Shown here one piece after another: positions 27,083 to 36,260 of a stretch of 64,000 nucleotides of DNA. The stretch is from Candidatus Sulfopaludibacter sp. SbA3. Lineage in GTDB: Bacteria; Acidobacteriota; Terriglobia; 20CM-2-55-15. The position numbers and the translations under genes were made by a program. The stretch lies in NCBI GenBank assembly GCA_945865815.1, contig CAMBFR010000002.1, forward strand, positions 30,308 to 94,307. Reading direction: 5' to 3'. The notes beneath the pieces are model-generated. The model saw only the letters and a program-made list of their open reading frames with translations. It was not told the DNA's origin and did not search any database. The stretch's first letter is position 1. Each line of letters begins with the position of its first letter.

Positions 27083-27978
27083 TGGGATTGTGGGCGATCT
27101 TTCAGCGCGGGCATCAGGTCGCTCAGAACGTATTCCCGCAGCGCCTCCGGCCAGGGCGCCATTTTGTCCATTCCAAGCAGCTCCAGCTTCAGGTTGCGTA
27201 GTGACTCGGAGTGGCCGCGGGGAGCGGGAAGCGGAAATGACGCTGAAGATATAGGCCTGATCTCAATATCTTTCCTCTGCAGTATGTCCTTCAGGGCGAG
27301 CGCGATTTCGTAACGCGACGCCGAGCCGCGATTAACCATATGGTAAAGACCGAAGTAGCCCGTCGCGATCAATGATTTGATTCCACCAAGCAGGTCCTTC
27401 GCGTAAGTAGGACTTCCCACCTTGTCGTTCACAACCGACAGTTCCTTCTTGCCATCGAGAATCATGCGGACGATTTTCCCAACGAACTTCTTGTCGCGTT
27501 CGCCTCCGCCGATCATCCAACCGGCCCGTACGATGTAGTAGCGCTGGAGCAGTGTCGAAACAATCTGCTCTCCGGCCAGCTTCGAATGTGCATACAGATT
27601 GGATGGTTGCGGAAAGTCGAACTCGGTATACGGCTCGGGCTTGTCTCCCGGGAACACCGCAGCGGTACTGACGTATATGAGCGGAATCGAATGAAACTGG
27701 CAGGCCAGCGCAACATTCTGCGTGCCGATTGAGTTGACGTGAAACGCCCAATCGGGTTCCTGCTGACATCGGTCCACATCGGTCGCTGCCGCAAGATGCA
27801 GTACGAAGTCGGGACGCGACTCGGCCGTAAGCCGCATCACCGCGCCTGGATCGCGGATATCGAGATGGATACACTCATCACTCATATCGGTCAGTGTCAA
27901 ATCCCAATCCTTGAACACAGCCGATACGTAACTGCCGACCATTCCGGCTGCGCCGGTCACCAACATCCGAGCCGTCAT
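27079..27978 (-). CDS. NAD-dependent epimerase/dehydratase/reductase family protein
   Basis: MLVTGAAGMVGSYV and YAHSKLAGE (YxxxK); 299 aa; ATGA overlaps on both sides. Confidence 0.7.
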   Translation of the reverse strand: MTARMLVTGAAGMVGSYVSAVFKDWDLTLTDMSDECIHLDIRDPGAVMRLTAESRPDFVLHLAAATDVDRCQQEPDWAFHVNSIGTQNVALACQFHSIPLIYVSTAAVFPGDKPEPYTEFDFPQPSNLYAHSKLAGEQIVSTLLQRYYIVRAGWMIGGGERDKKFVGKIVRMILDGKKELSVVNDKVGSPTYAKDLLGGIKSLIATGYFGLYHMVNRGSASRYEIALALKDILQRKDIEIRPISSASFPLPAPRGHSESLRNLKLELLGMDKMAPWPEALREYVLSDLMPALKDRPQSQ

Positions 27979-28751
27979 TGAGGCTTACCTGCTCCCAGTA
28001 TTTCTTTTAACATGCTGGCCTGACGCGCATCTTCCCGAAGCGATTGCTCGACCATCCCCACTTCGCGCGGTTCGTTGATCGATGGATAGGCACGCGCGAA
28101 ATCCACGGCTATCAGATTCAGGTCATGTTCAATAATTCGCGACTGGTCGATCGCCTGCGCGATCTCCAGTGGAGTCCGGCTCAAAGCTCCGTAGCGCTCG
28201 AGAAACGGCCGGCTGTACGCCATGACTCCTATGCTCTTACGCACTGGATCAAAGTTTTCATTCAGCTTCAGGTGCGAGAGATCGCGAGTACAAAACAACA
28301 CGCGGTTCGTCCCGGAAACAACCAGTTTAACGATTGAAGGATCCTGCAGCTCCTCCTGTGATTCCACTCGGCCGACGGCGTTCCACGCCGCGTTTGCAGG
28401 ATCCGCGGCGACGGCTCGAACCATCTCGGTCAAGTCCTGGGGCAAGACCAATACCTCGTCTCCCTGCACATTGATGACATGAGAGCAGTCGCAGTGACTC
28501 ATTGCCTCAGCCACCCGATCCGTGGCGCCAGGATGATCGGGCGATGTCATGATCACTTTTCCGCCGTAACTGAGGACTACGTCGGCGATCTCGGCGTCGC
28601 ACGTTGCTACCGCCACTTCGGCCAGTTCCCTGCAGCGTATGACGCGCCGGCGCACATGCTCGATCATCGGCAGACCATGAATGCTCAGCAGCGGTTTCCG
28701 CGGAAGGCGGGATGATGCGAGACGGGCCGGAATGATGGCGACGATGCGCAC
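27975..28751 (-). CDS. 3-deoxy-ulosonate / acylneuraminate cytidylyltransferase family (KdsB/NeuA-like)
   Basis: MRIVAIIPARLASSRLPRKPLLSIHGLPMIEHV is the canonical CMP-Kdo/CMP-NeuAc synthetase N-terminus. Confidence 0.75.
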   Translation of the reverse strand: MRIVAIIPARLASSRLPRKPLLSIHGLPMIEHVRRRVIRCRELAEVAVATCDAEIADVVLSYGGKVIMTSPDHPGATDRVAEAMSHCDCSHVINVQGDEVLVLPQDLTEMVRAVAADPANAAWNAVGRVESQEELQDPSIVKLVVSGTNRVLFCTRDLSHLKLNENFDPVRKSIGVMAYSRPFLERYGALSRTPLEIAQAIDQSRIIEHDLNLIAVDFARAYPSINEPREVGMVEQSLREDARQASMLKEILGAGKPQ

Positions 28752-28753
28752 AG

Positions 28754-29698
28754 TTACTCTGAAGCCAGGCGCACCAGGCGGTGCATGGTGTCACCATCGA
28801 AGTAGTTCACGAATGGTATCCGGACGCCGAGGATCTTCGGGCCCCGCGGGAGCGTCTGTTTCGCGAAGAAGTGGGTGTAATAGGGGCAGAGTCCATCTAT
28901 GAAGATTTCGTCGTCCTTGCGCCACGGAAATTCTGAGAACCGTGCAACCTCGCCACCCGGCAACGTCTTTTCCACTCGGTTGACGCAGTAAAAACGCGAC
29001 TGCCGGGAACTGCGCTGACGAAGAAAACTGAAATAGTGGCTGATCGTCAGTGCGTTCATTTCCTGCATGCTTGCGATGTTGATGGCGCAGTCAATCGTAT
29101 CTCTGATCTGCAAAACGTCCTGAGGCAGAACGAATACGACGTCTGCGGAATCGTCGCCTCCGTGAGACATCACTGCCAGCCGCGCCTGGGGATCAGCAGC
29201 CTCGTGATTTCTCGCCTGGAACACGAGCGTCTTCGGAATATCGATGCAATAGAGCCGCATGCTCTTCAGATGCCGGCGGATCAGGGCTCCCAGAAAACCG
29301 TGGCCATCGCCGATGACTGCAACAGTCCGCGGAAACAACTTGTGATCAATCCAGTGATCATTGAGGAGGGAGAGGATTACAGTGTATTTCCAAATGTCGA
29401 AAGTAAGGCTGCACCGAAGGTCACGAGCCAGTTCCCGCGCCAGATTCCACATGGCCGGGTACGATCGGTACGCCGAACTCACGGAACGATAGGAAAATCT
29501 TTCCGCGGCATGAAGCGTATGCCCCGCAAGCCAGCTCCCCCGGACCGTTCCGATACCGTAATCCTCGAGATACAGATCGCCATTCCTGCGTTCAACAACA
29601 TTGGACTTCCCATACTCTCGCCAGTAGGAACTCGTAAACTCGGCCGGGTAGGGATCCTTGGCGACAATATCGACAAGTGTTTCGATGACGGTATTCAT
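28754..29698 (-). CDS. hypothetical protein; possible SAM-dependent methyltransferase
   Basis: Likely start at internal MNTVIETLV, which forms an ATGA overlap with the hpcH-like stop at 29695. The listed ORF extends to 29746. Contains a VIGDGHGFLG glycine-rich segment. No confident family. Confidence 0.35.
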   Translation of the reverse strand: MNTVIETLVDIVAKDPYPAEFTSSYWREYGKSNVVERRNGDLYLEDYGIGTVRGSWLAGHTLHAAERFSYRSVSSAYRSYPAMWNLARELARDLRCSLTFDIWKYTVILSLLNDHWIDHKLFPRTVAVIGDGHGFLGALIRRHLKSMRLYCIDIPKTLVFQARNHEAADPQARLAVMSHGGDDSADVVFVLPQDVLQIRDTIDCAINIASMQEMNALTISHYFSFLRQRSSRQSRFYCVNRVEKTLPGGEVARFSEFPWRKDDEIFIDGLCPYYTHFFAKQTLPRGPKILGVRIPFVNYFDGDTMHRLVRLASE

Positions 29699-30489
29699 GA
29701 ATCGAATTCCCGGATCATGAGATCCGTCTCTTCGCTTCGCTTCCACAAATTGAAGATGTCGGAACCGAGCACCAGAAAAGTAAAGTCCTGTTCGAACTTA
29801 AGCCGCATGTCTGCTGCCGTGGGATAAACGAGGTGCATTCCACAGCCGATTCCGCGTTGACCACAGATGCGCGTGACCTGGCCGCAGGCTTCAACAACGC
29901 TCGGGTGATCCAACTGACCCGGGACTCCAAGAGATCCGGACAAGTCATACGGACCGACCATGACGCCATCGATAGCCGGGTTATCCAGAAGCCGTTCCAG
30001 ATTCTCGACACCCGCGACGGTTTCAATCTGAATAACCAAAGACAGGGAAGCGTTGGCGTCTCGAACGTAGTCCTGAAACGTGCGGCCGTACTGGTGCGCC
30101 CCAGCCACGCCAAATCCCCTGCGGCCATCCGGGGGATACTTCATGTGCCGGGCAAAGAGTTCGACCTGCTCTGCAGTCGATATCTGGGGAACGATCACTC
30201 CATCGGCGCCGGCATCCAGCAACCGCCGCATGTCTTCGATGTTCTCGGGATAAACCCGTGGCAGGCATGGACGGCCGTGTTCGTGACAAGCCCGGATGAT
30301 TCCCTGCGCGGCCGGCAGGGGAATCGTTGTGTGTTCCAGATCAATGCCGACGAAATCGCCGCGCGACGAGGCGAAGATACTCGCTATTTCCGGGCTCCCG
30401 ATGGACAGCCAGGCCCCGAACAGGCGGCCACGCGAACGGAACCGGCGTTTCAGCGCAGCAGCAGCTTCCAATTGTGTGGCCATTGTCAC
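29695..30489 (-). CDS. HpcH/HpaI family aldolase (2-keto-3-deoxy-acid aldolase/citrate lyase beta-like)
   Basis: LFGAWLSIGSPEIASIFASSRGDFVGIDLEHT and DGVIVPQIST are typical of the HpcH/HpaI PEP/pyruvate TIM-barrel aldolases. Confidence 0.8.
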   Translation of the reverse strand: MTMATQLEAAAALKRRFRSRGRLFGAWLSIGSPEIASIFASSRGDFVGIDLEHTTIPLPAAQGIIRACHEHGRPCLPRVYPENIEDMRRLLDAGADGVIVPQISTAEQVELFARHMKYPPDGRRGFGVAGAHQYGRTFQDYVRDANASLSLVIQIETVAGVENLERLLDNPAIDGVMVGPYDLSGSLGVPGQLDHPSVVEACGQVTRICGQRGIGCGMHLVYPTAADMRLKFEQDFTFLVLGSDIFNLWKRSEETDLMIREFDS

Positions 30490-30491
30490 CG

Positions 30492-31181
30492 CTACTTCTG
30501 AAGCCGTGCGCCGTCTTCGAGGAACATCCGGACGGTTTCCTTGCTGTAGGGATGGACGAGCATTCCTTCGATGAGGTCGGGAACGGCGGTGACGATGTCC
30601 GCGCCGGCCTCAAACCATTCGACGATATTGAGCACTTCCCGGGTGGAGCCTACGATTATCTTGGCTGTACTGTTGAATGCGTCGAGCAGGCCGCGGATCC
30701 GGCGAATTTCGTGGCACGAGTTGTACCCCATGTTGTTGACGCGGCCACCGAAGATCGAAACATAAGTAGCTCCCGCCATGGCAGCCAGCAGGCACTGTTG
30801 TGCGCTCATCATGGCTGTAACGTTCACCCGGACATTGTGTTTGTTCTCCAGCTCATGAACCAGCTTCAAATTCTCAGTTCCGCCATCCGGGCCATGAATC
30901 GTGATCTTCACATTGATGTTCTTCGCCCACGCCGCGATCATCAATGCCTGCTCCTGCATTTCGGCCATGACGTTTGTAGTCACTTCGACAGAGAGCGGAT
31001 GAGGCGCAATAAGCTGGGCAATTTCTTTGCAGTGCTTCTCGATACCCGGCCAACCGCCGGCAATGCCATCCTTCCTTAATATGGTGGGATTGGTGGTGAC
31101 CCCGCGGATGATTCCCAGTTCGTGGTATTTGCGGATTTCAGGAATCTTGCCGGTGTCCAGAAAAATGCCGGTTAACTTCAT
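30492..31181 (-). CDS. transaldolase / fructose-6-phosphate aldolase family protein
   Basis: MKLTGIFLDTGKIPEIRKYHELGIIRGVTTNPTIL (FSA/TalC signature); 229 aa. Confidence 0.8.
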   Translation of the reverse strand: MKLTGIFLDTGKIPEIRKYHELGIIRGVTTNPTILRKDGIAGGWPGIEKHCKEIAQLIAPHPLSVEVTTNVMAEMQEQALMIAAWAKNINVKITIHGPDGGTENLKLVHELENKHNVRVNVTAMMSAQQCLLAAMAGATYVSIFGGRVNNMGYNSCHEIRRIRGLLDAFNSTAKIIVGSTREVLNIVEWFEAGADIVTAVPDLIEGMLVHPYSKETVRMFLEDGARLQK

Positions 31182-31807
31182 TTCGACTTTGCCTCGCTAT
31201 CCTGCTGCACAGTGGTTTCCCACTTGTTCCCGGCTTTCAGGAGCCTGGGATCGCACACAATGCCGTGCCAGACGACGGCTTGAAACGCTTCCGAATGCGC
31301 CGTCACATTTTTTGGATTTACTGTGGGAATCACCAGCACGATGTCGCCACGCTGTTTCGTATACCCGCCGTCGCGGCCGACAATGCCGAGAACATCCATT
31401 CCTCGTCTCTTGGCCTCGTCCACGGCGTTCACGATGTTAACACTGATGCCGTGCTCCCGGCTTCCACCCCCAACCGAGAGCACGAACAACACATCGCGCT
31501 CCGAGGCGCGGCTGGTTGAAAGCCAGGACGCAAAGACAGTGTCCCACCCGTCATCGTTCGTGCGCGCCGTAAGTTCCGATACGTTGTCTACCGGTGAGTA
31601 GGCTTCGATACCGTCCAATTTGCGGAAGTCGTTCACCGCATGGCTGCAGTTTCCGGCGCTGCCACCAACACCGCAAAGAAACAAGCGGCCGCCGGCCGCC
31701 TGAAGGCGGGCAAGACGAACCACCATCTGGTCGATCAAACGCCTGTCGAGCGTCCGGGCAATTTCGGCGGCCTCGTCGAAGTATCCGCCCAGGTATTCCA
31801 GGCTCAT
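31178..31807 (-). CDS. SIS-domain sedoheptulose-7-phosphate isomerase (GmhA-like)
   Basis: GRLFLCGVGGSAGNCSHAVNDF and VLFVLSVGGGS are phosphoheptose isomerase motifs. Confidence 0.8.
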   Translation of the reverse strand: MSLEYLGGYFDEAAEIARTLDRRLIDQMVVRLARLQAAGGRLFLCGVGGSAGNCSHAVNDFRKLDGIEAYSPVDNVSELTARTNDDGWDTVFASWLSTSRASERDVLFVLSVGGGSREHGISVNIVNAVDEAKRRGMDVLGIVGRDGGYTKQRGDIVLVIPTVNPKNVTAHSEAFQAVVWHGIVCDPRLLKAGNKWETTVQQDSEAKSK

Positions 31808-32769
31808 CTTTTCTTTCTACCCACGAGGCGCGCGAAGGAACTCATGTTGTTCTGTTGAAGGAAAGTCTGAAACGAACCCTGTACTTCCCCGCCTCGAGCC
31901 ATAAGCTGCCTTTCGAAAACGGACAGGGGAATCGAAGGATCGCGCTCGACATGCGCGCGAACAATCTCGACGTCAAGGACGCCGGGCGTGCTCACTTCCA
32001 GAAGCTCGAAGCCGGCTCTCGCCAGCAATACTTCCAGGCCGGTCAGGCTGAAGCAATTGGTTCGGTCCGGCGGAAAGAGGTAAAGGTTACGCTTGCCCAG
32101 CAACGCAAAGTCGAAACCGGAACTCACGAGTGAGGTCACGAAAATGAGACCGCCCGGACGAAGATAGCCGGCAACAACTTTGACAAGCAATGCCGGATCG
32201 TGAGCGCGATCCAGGGATTCCAGGAGGGCGGCGGCATCAATTTGCCCTGACAACTTCGGTGCGCCGGCGAGTTCCGTCTCATCGAGCGCAACGACTTCCG
32301 AAAAGATTCTGCTTTCCCGGAGTATCGGCAGGAACTCGCTGGAAGGGACGGATGCTTCGACGAGCGACGGCGTGTGAAGGCCCTCAAGAACGAGAACGCT
32401 TTGAATCCAGTCCAGCTTCGGAAGATGGACGTTCTCGCGCCGCGATGGCGCAATCTCCGCATGAAACGTCGTCGGCGACTGACGATGGCGATTCACATCC
32501 TTCAGCAAATCGCCCCATGTATCCGTATCGGGCAGACTCGCCAGGAACAGGCTGTCCGTGTCCGGGCATCGCAAATATTCCAGTCCCGCGATTTCGCCAA
32601 ACGCCTCGAGCCGGCTCCCGGTGACCGGCGATTCTTCACGCCGCAAGGCGGACTTCCTGAGCGACTCGTGTGTAGCTTCCAGGCAGTAATCCCTGTAGGG
32701 CGTCATTCCCTCCAGTGGTTTGACCGAGGAGAGTGGAAACGTCCGGCGTGTTTCAGATGACCACATCAT
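31804..32769 (-). CDS. hypothetical protein, methyltransferase-like
   Basis: 321 aa with weak class-I MT-like segments (VLVLEGL...GGLIFVT). Assignment uncertain. Confidence 0.35.
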   Translation of the reverse strand: MMWSSETRRTFPLSSVKPLEGMTPYRDYCLEATHESLRKSALRREESPVTGSRLEAFGEIAGLEYLRCPDTDSLFLASLPDTDTWGDLLKDVNRHRQSPTTFHAEIAPSRRENVHLPKLDWIQSVLVLEGLHTPSLVEASVPSSEFLPILRESRIFSEVVALDETELAGAPKLSGQIDAAALLESLDRAHDPALLVKVVAGYLRPGGLIFVTSLVSSGFDFALLGKRNLYLFPPDRTNCFSLTGLEVLLARAGFELLEVSTPGVLDVEIVRAHVERDPSIPLSVFERQLMARGGEVQGSFQTFLQQNNMSSFARLVGRKKR

Positions 32770-33818
32770 CTATGAACCAGCCCTTTCATTCGTTCGGATA
32801 TGGCGTATGCATCGCGAATCAGCTTCATGACGCTCCGTGCTTCATCGAGGGTCCCATGTGTGGATGGGCGCCCTTCTTTAATGGCGTCGATGAAGTCCTG
32901 CACTTCCTTGTCCCAGGAATCGTCTCGATCGAAGTGAATGACTTCTTCACGCGGATTTCCGAGCGCCAGAGCTTCGTCTTCAAACTGCCGCTTGCCTATG
33001 ACCAGTTGCTCCCTGCCGTAGCTGCCGGTCTTCGAGAGCAGGCCGCTGGCAACGACATAGCCGTCTCGACAACCGATTTCCAGCCTGAACGTGTGCTTCC
33101 AGAGCGTGGCCGAGGAATGTAGAAACGCCGGAACGCCCTGTTCGCCTCTCATGAGAACGAATGCGTTGTCCTCAACTCCGCAGTCCCAGAAGGAATCGAT
33201 AAGCACCGCATCCGCTACTGCAAGTGGACCCAGGAAGAACTGAAAAATATCGAGCATGTGAATGCCCTGATCCAAAAGGATCCCGCCTCCGGATACTTCA
33301 CGCTTGTTCCGCCAACTCTCGCGGTATCGTGCTCCGCCGGACTTTCCGTACGTGCCCTTTATATAAAGGATGTCTCCGAGCTGGCCGCCGGCGATCAACG
33401 CCTTTGCCGATTGGACGCAGGGATGCAGCCGATGGTTGAAGCCAAAAGACAGAATGTGTCCGGGAATTGCATCCGCGGCAGCTGCAATGCGGGAAAAATC
33501 GTCCCAGTTTCTGCCGGGAGGTTTCTCACAAAATACCCGGCCGCAGCGCTTCAGACTTTCAACACAAAGATCGGCTGTCACGTCGTTGGGCGTGCACACG
33601 AATGCGGCATCAACGTTGTCCCAACGAACCTGGTCAGCGGATCTCAGAACTGTGGCATTGGCCTCGGAAGAGTTCGCAGCTGGATCAACGATGATCACGT
33701 CGCCGATATCATTGCGGCGGCGCAAAGCTTCGTGCCGGATCTGACCCATGTAACCGTAGCCGAAAATCAAACAATTCATGCGTTGAAGATTAATTAAGCG
33801 GGCCCACCGCGGTAACAA
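32766..33818 (-). CDS. Gfo/Idh/MocA family NAD(P)-dependent oxidoreductase
   Basis: MNCLIFGYGYMGQIRHEA N-terminal Rossmann and CEKPP motif. Confidence 0.8.
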   Translation of the reverse strand: MLPRWARLINLQRMNCLIFGYGYMGQIRHEALRRRNDIGDVIIVDPAANSSEANATVLRSADQVRWDNVDAAFVCTPNDVTADLCVESLKRCGRVFCEKPPGRNWDDFSRIAAAADAIPGHILSFGFNHRLHPCVQSAKALIAGGQLGDILYIKGTYGKSGGARYRESWRNKREVSGGGILLDQGIHMLDIFQFFLGPLAVADAVLIDSFWDCGVEDNAFVLMRGEQGVPAFLHSSATLWKHTFRLEIGCRDGYVVASGLLSKTGSYGREQLVIGKRQFEDEALALGNPREEVIHFDRDDSWDKEVQDFIDAIKEGRPSTHGTLDEARSVMKLIRDAYAISERMKGLVHR

Positions 33819-35445
33819 AACGATCGATAGATGTCTCGTCGACCGGAACAGTATACGAATTCACGTAGTCCCAGGCGGGCTTCCACAAAGCCAGGGCTTC
33901 CGCGTCGCCAAGGTTACTGTAACTGCCCAGCAACCGGCACAGCTCGTCCTCTGATGAAACGTAATCCCGCCATGTCTGAAGCTCAAACAGCGGATCGATG
34001 TCGAAAATGTCGTTCTCGTTCCGAACGTAGACGGGCCGCAACCCGTCGAGGACCGCATGAGAGACGGCAGATGAACCGCGATATAGTACGACAGACGATC
34101 GGGCAAAGTCGGTGGATATCGCGCTCTCTTGCGACACGACAACGTTTGCCAACCCATCGAGATTCCGGCTGAGATGTCCCCGGACTTTTTCGAAAGGAAG
34201 CAGCGGATGACAGCGGAAGATGAACCGATGGTCCGGCACGAGCCGCGCGACGTTCAGGGCAAAATCAAAAAGCAATTTGGATTCCACCAGGTTGCCTTCC
34301 GGTACAACGACGACGGTTCGTTCGCCCAATCGCGGCCGTCGCGGCCCACTCTCTGATTTCGGCCGGCGATGGGAACCGAAGACGACCAGTTTCGCCGCCA
34401 TTCCTTCGTATCCGGCGGATATCATTCTTCGGGTTGGCTCGCCGAGGCATAGCACAACGTCGGGCGCAACGATTTCCCACGAGTCCCTGTTCGGACGGCT
34501 GACCGACAGCGAGTGGCGCATCACGGTTGTGTGCTGGTATCCGACAAGTTTGCAATCGGGCCAGGCGGCCTTCATGCCATGCCATGCCTGCTTCTCTGAG
34601 GGCTGGCCTTCGAAGAGGGTCACGAATACGGCTGGCCTCCAGTATTCTCCGGTCGTCTTCGCGATGTAAAAGTGCATCAGGTTTCGAGTCGTGTTGGGAT
34701 GAAGACAATCCAGGCTGGCTTGCCTGCAAACGAGCCGGAGGTTCCTTTCCTTGATTCCTGACATTTGACGTCTCAGCATGAGAACAGTCGCGACCTGACG
34801 CCAAACCGAATAGAACGGCGCCCATGCCGGCACAAGCATGAGTTGTGGAACAGCCACGATATCCTTTTGCCGGAATACCCCGGCTGCGAATCGCAGGTCT
34901 TTGGCGGCAAGCACGTTTCCGCAGATCAGCAGGCAACTCACACCTCGCTGCGGAAGCCGTTTGTGAAGATCCCCGAAATAGAAATCGGAGTCGCTATTTA
35001 TCGAGCCTGGACCAAAACACCACGTTTTTATGGCAACGTCCACCGCCGTTTGGCGGACCCGCCGCAATTGGCGCGAGAAAAACAACTTCAACGCCAGTAT
35101 CGTGCAGGTATCCCAGGCTGCTACAAGGACCGAAAGAATGAATCGCTTGGCGAACTCGGGCAGGGAGTCCCGGATATTGTCTCGACCGTCTGCGGCCGCC
35201 ATAACGCGCATGAGGTCGAGATGCTCCGCCGGCACGATATGCCGTGGATGAACAGTCGATGTCGCCAGCAGGGTGACCGACGGACATCGGCGTCGAAGTG
35301 CGTACATGGCGTCGGCTAGTTCCGAGAAAGCCGTCCAACCCGATGGCTGCGGGCCTGGTCTTGCCTCCTTCACTTGGAAAGACGGTAAAGCAGGAACGAT
35401 TTCAGCGTACTGCTGAACGTATCGTTGCCGAAAAGACAGCGCCAT
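33790..35445 (-). CDS. hypothetical protein; candidate GT-B CMP-sugar (ulosonic/nonulosonic acid) glycosyltransferase (HP motif)
   Basis: No classical motifs except FIFRCHPLLP, followed about 30 aa later by GSSAVSHAVLDGLRPVYV. This resembles the HP plus S-S-x-x-E/A-x-L-x-G-x-P-V nucleotide-binding pattern of GT52/80/99/107 enzymes. Start codon is uncertain because of a 76-nt overlap with the upstream gene. Confidence 0.35.
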   Translation of the reverse strand: MALSFRQRYVQQYAEIVPALPSFQVKEARPGPQPSGWTAFSELADAMYALRRRCPSVTLLATSTVHPRHIVPAEHLDLMRVMAAADGRDNIRDSLPEFAKRFILSVLVAAWDTCTILALKLFFSRQLRRVRQTAVDVAIKTWCFGPGSINSDSDFYFGDLHKRLPQRGVSCLLICGNVLAAKDLRFAAGVFRQKDIVAVPQLMLVPAWAPFYSVWRQVATVLMLRRQMSGIKERNLRLVCRQASLDCLHPNTTRNLMHFYIAKTTGEYWRPAVFVTLFEGQPSEKQAWHGMKAAWPDCKLVGYQHTTVMRHSLSVSRPNRDSWEIVAPDVVLCLGEPTRRMISAGYEGMAAKLVVFGSHRRPKSESGPRRPRLGERTVVVVPEGNLVESKLLFDFALNVARLVPDHRFIFRCHPLLPFEKVRGHLSRNLDGLANVVVSQESAISTDFARSSVVLYRGSSAVSHAVLDGLRPVYVRNENDIFDIDPLFELQTWRDYVSSEDELCRLLGSYSNLGDAEALALWKPAWDYVNSYTVPVDETSIDRFVTAVGPLN

Positions 35446-36254
35446 GCCGCAAATGCCACGCGCTCGTCCAGTCCCTTCGGAACGTCAACGACCGGCACCA
35501 CCTCGACAGCCACGATTTTGAACGCCGTATGTGACAGCAATGAGTCCCAATGCGCGCGGGACAATTCGAATATGTGATGCAGTTCTTCGGGTCCGTGATC
35601 ATCGTAGCGAGGATAAACCGTTGTCGAATTCACGTTAGGTACGGAGATGAAGACGCCCTTGCGGCAAACGCGGTAAAGCTCGTTTAACGCTGCAAACGGG
35701 TCGGGCAAGTGCTCCAGCGTTTCAAAGGACAGGATGTAATCGCAGGCCTCGTCTCGAAAGGCCAGATGCATGGCGTCGGACTGGACGCCGCATATGCCTC
35801 GGGCGGCAATTTGCCGCAGCGGCCCCGGAGAAAGATTGATCGCGACGCCCGCCTTGCCCAGCGCTCTTAGAAAAATGCCGTTGGAGTCCCCGACATCCGC
35901 GAACGTCGCGGTCTTGATCTCGGATCCCAGGCATCTCTCAATAAACTCCAATCGTGCGGCAGTGAAGCTCGTGATGACGTTCAGCAGGGCGTTCTGTGTG
36001 ATTTCGATGTCTCCGTAATGTTCTTTTTCGCTCTCGGACTCCAGGATTGATCGATACTTCGATCTCTCCAGGCGTTCCATAAGCACCCGGCGGGAGTTTT
36101 TCTCGAGAATGCGGACAAACCACTGCGCCAGGTCAATTCCCGCGCTGCGCGCAATGAATCGATGCATCCGTGTCAGCACAGGGCGGCGCACGGTGGGAGC
36201 GTTCGGATTTCCGGTCCGTGCGCTGGATTTGATAAGCGTGTCCTGGGAAGACAT
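35370..36254 (-). CDS. class I SAM-dependent methyltransferase
   Basis: ADVGDSNGIFL motif I-like region and LSFETLEHLPDPFAALNELYRVCRKGVFISVPN, typical of Methyltransf_11/23 proteins. Confidence 0.7.
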   Translation of the reverse strand: MSSQDTLIKSSARTGNPNAPTVRRPVLTRMHRFIARSAGIDLAQWFVRILEKNSRRVLMERLERSKYRSILESESEKEHYGDIEITQNALLNVITSFTAARLEFIERCLGSEIKTATFADVGDSNGIFLRALGKAGVAINLSPGPLRQIAARGICGVQSDAMHLAFRDEACDYILSFETLEHLPDPFAALNELYRVCRKGVFISVPNVNSTTVYPRYDDHGPEELHHIFELSRAHWDSLLSHTAFKIVAVEVVPVVDVPKGLDERVAFAAWRCLFGNDTFSSTLKSFLLYRLSK

Positions 36255-36260
36255 GGCTGG

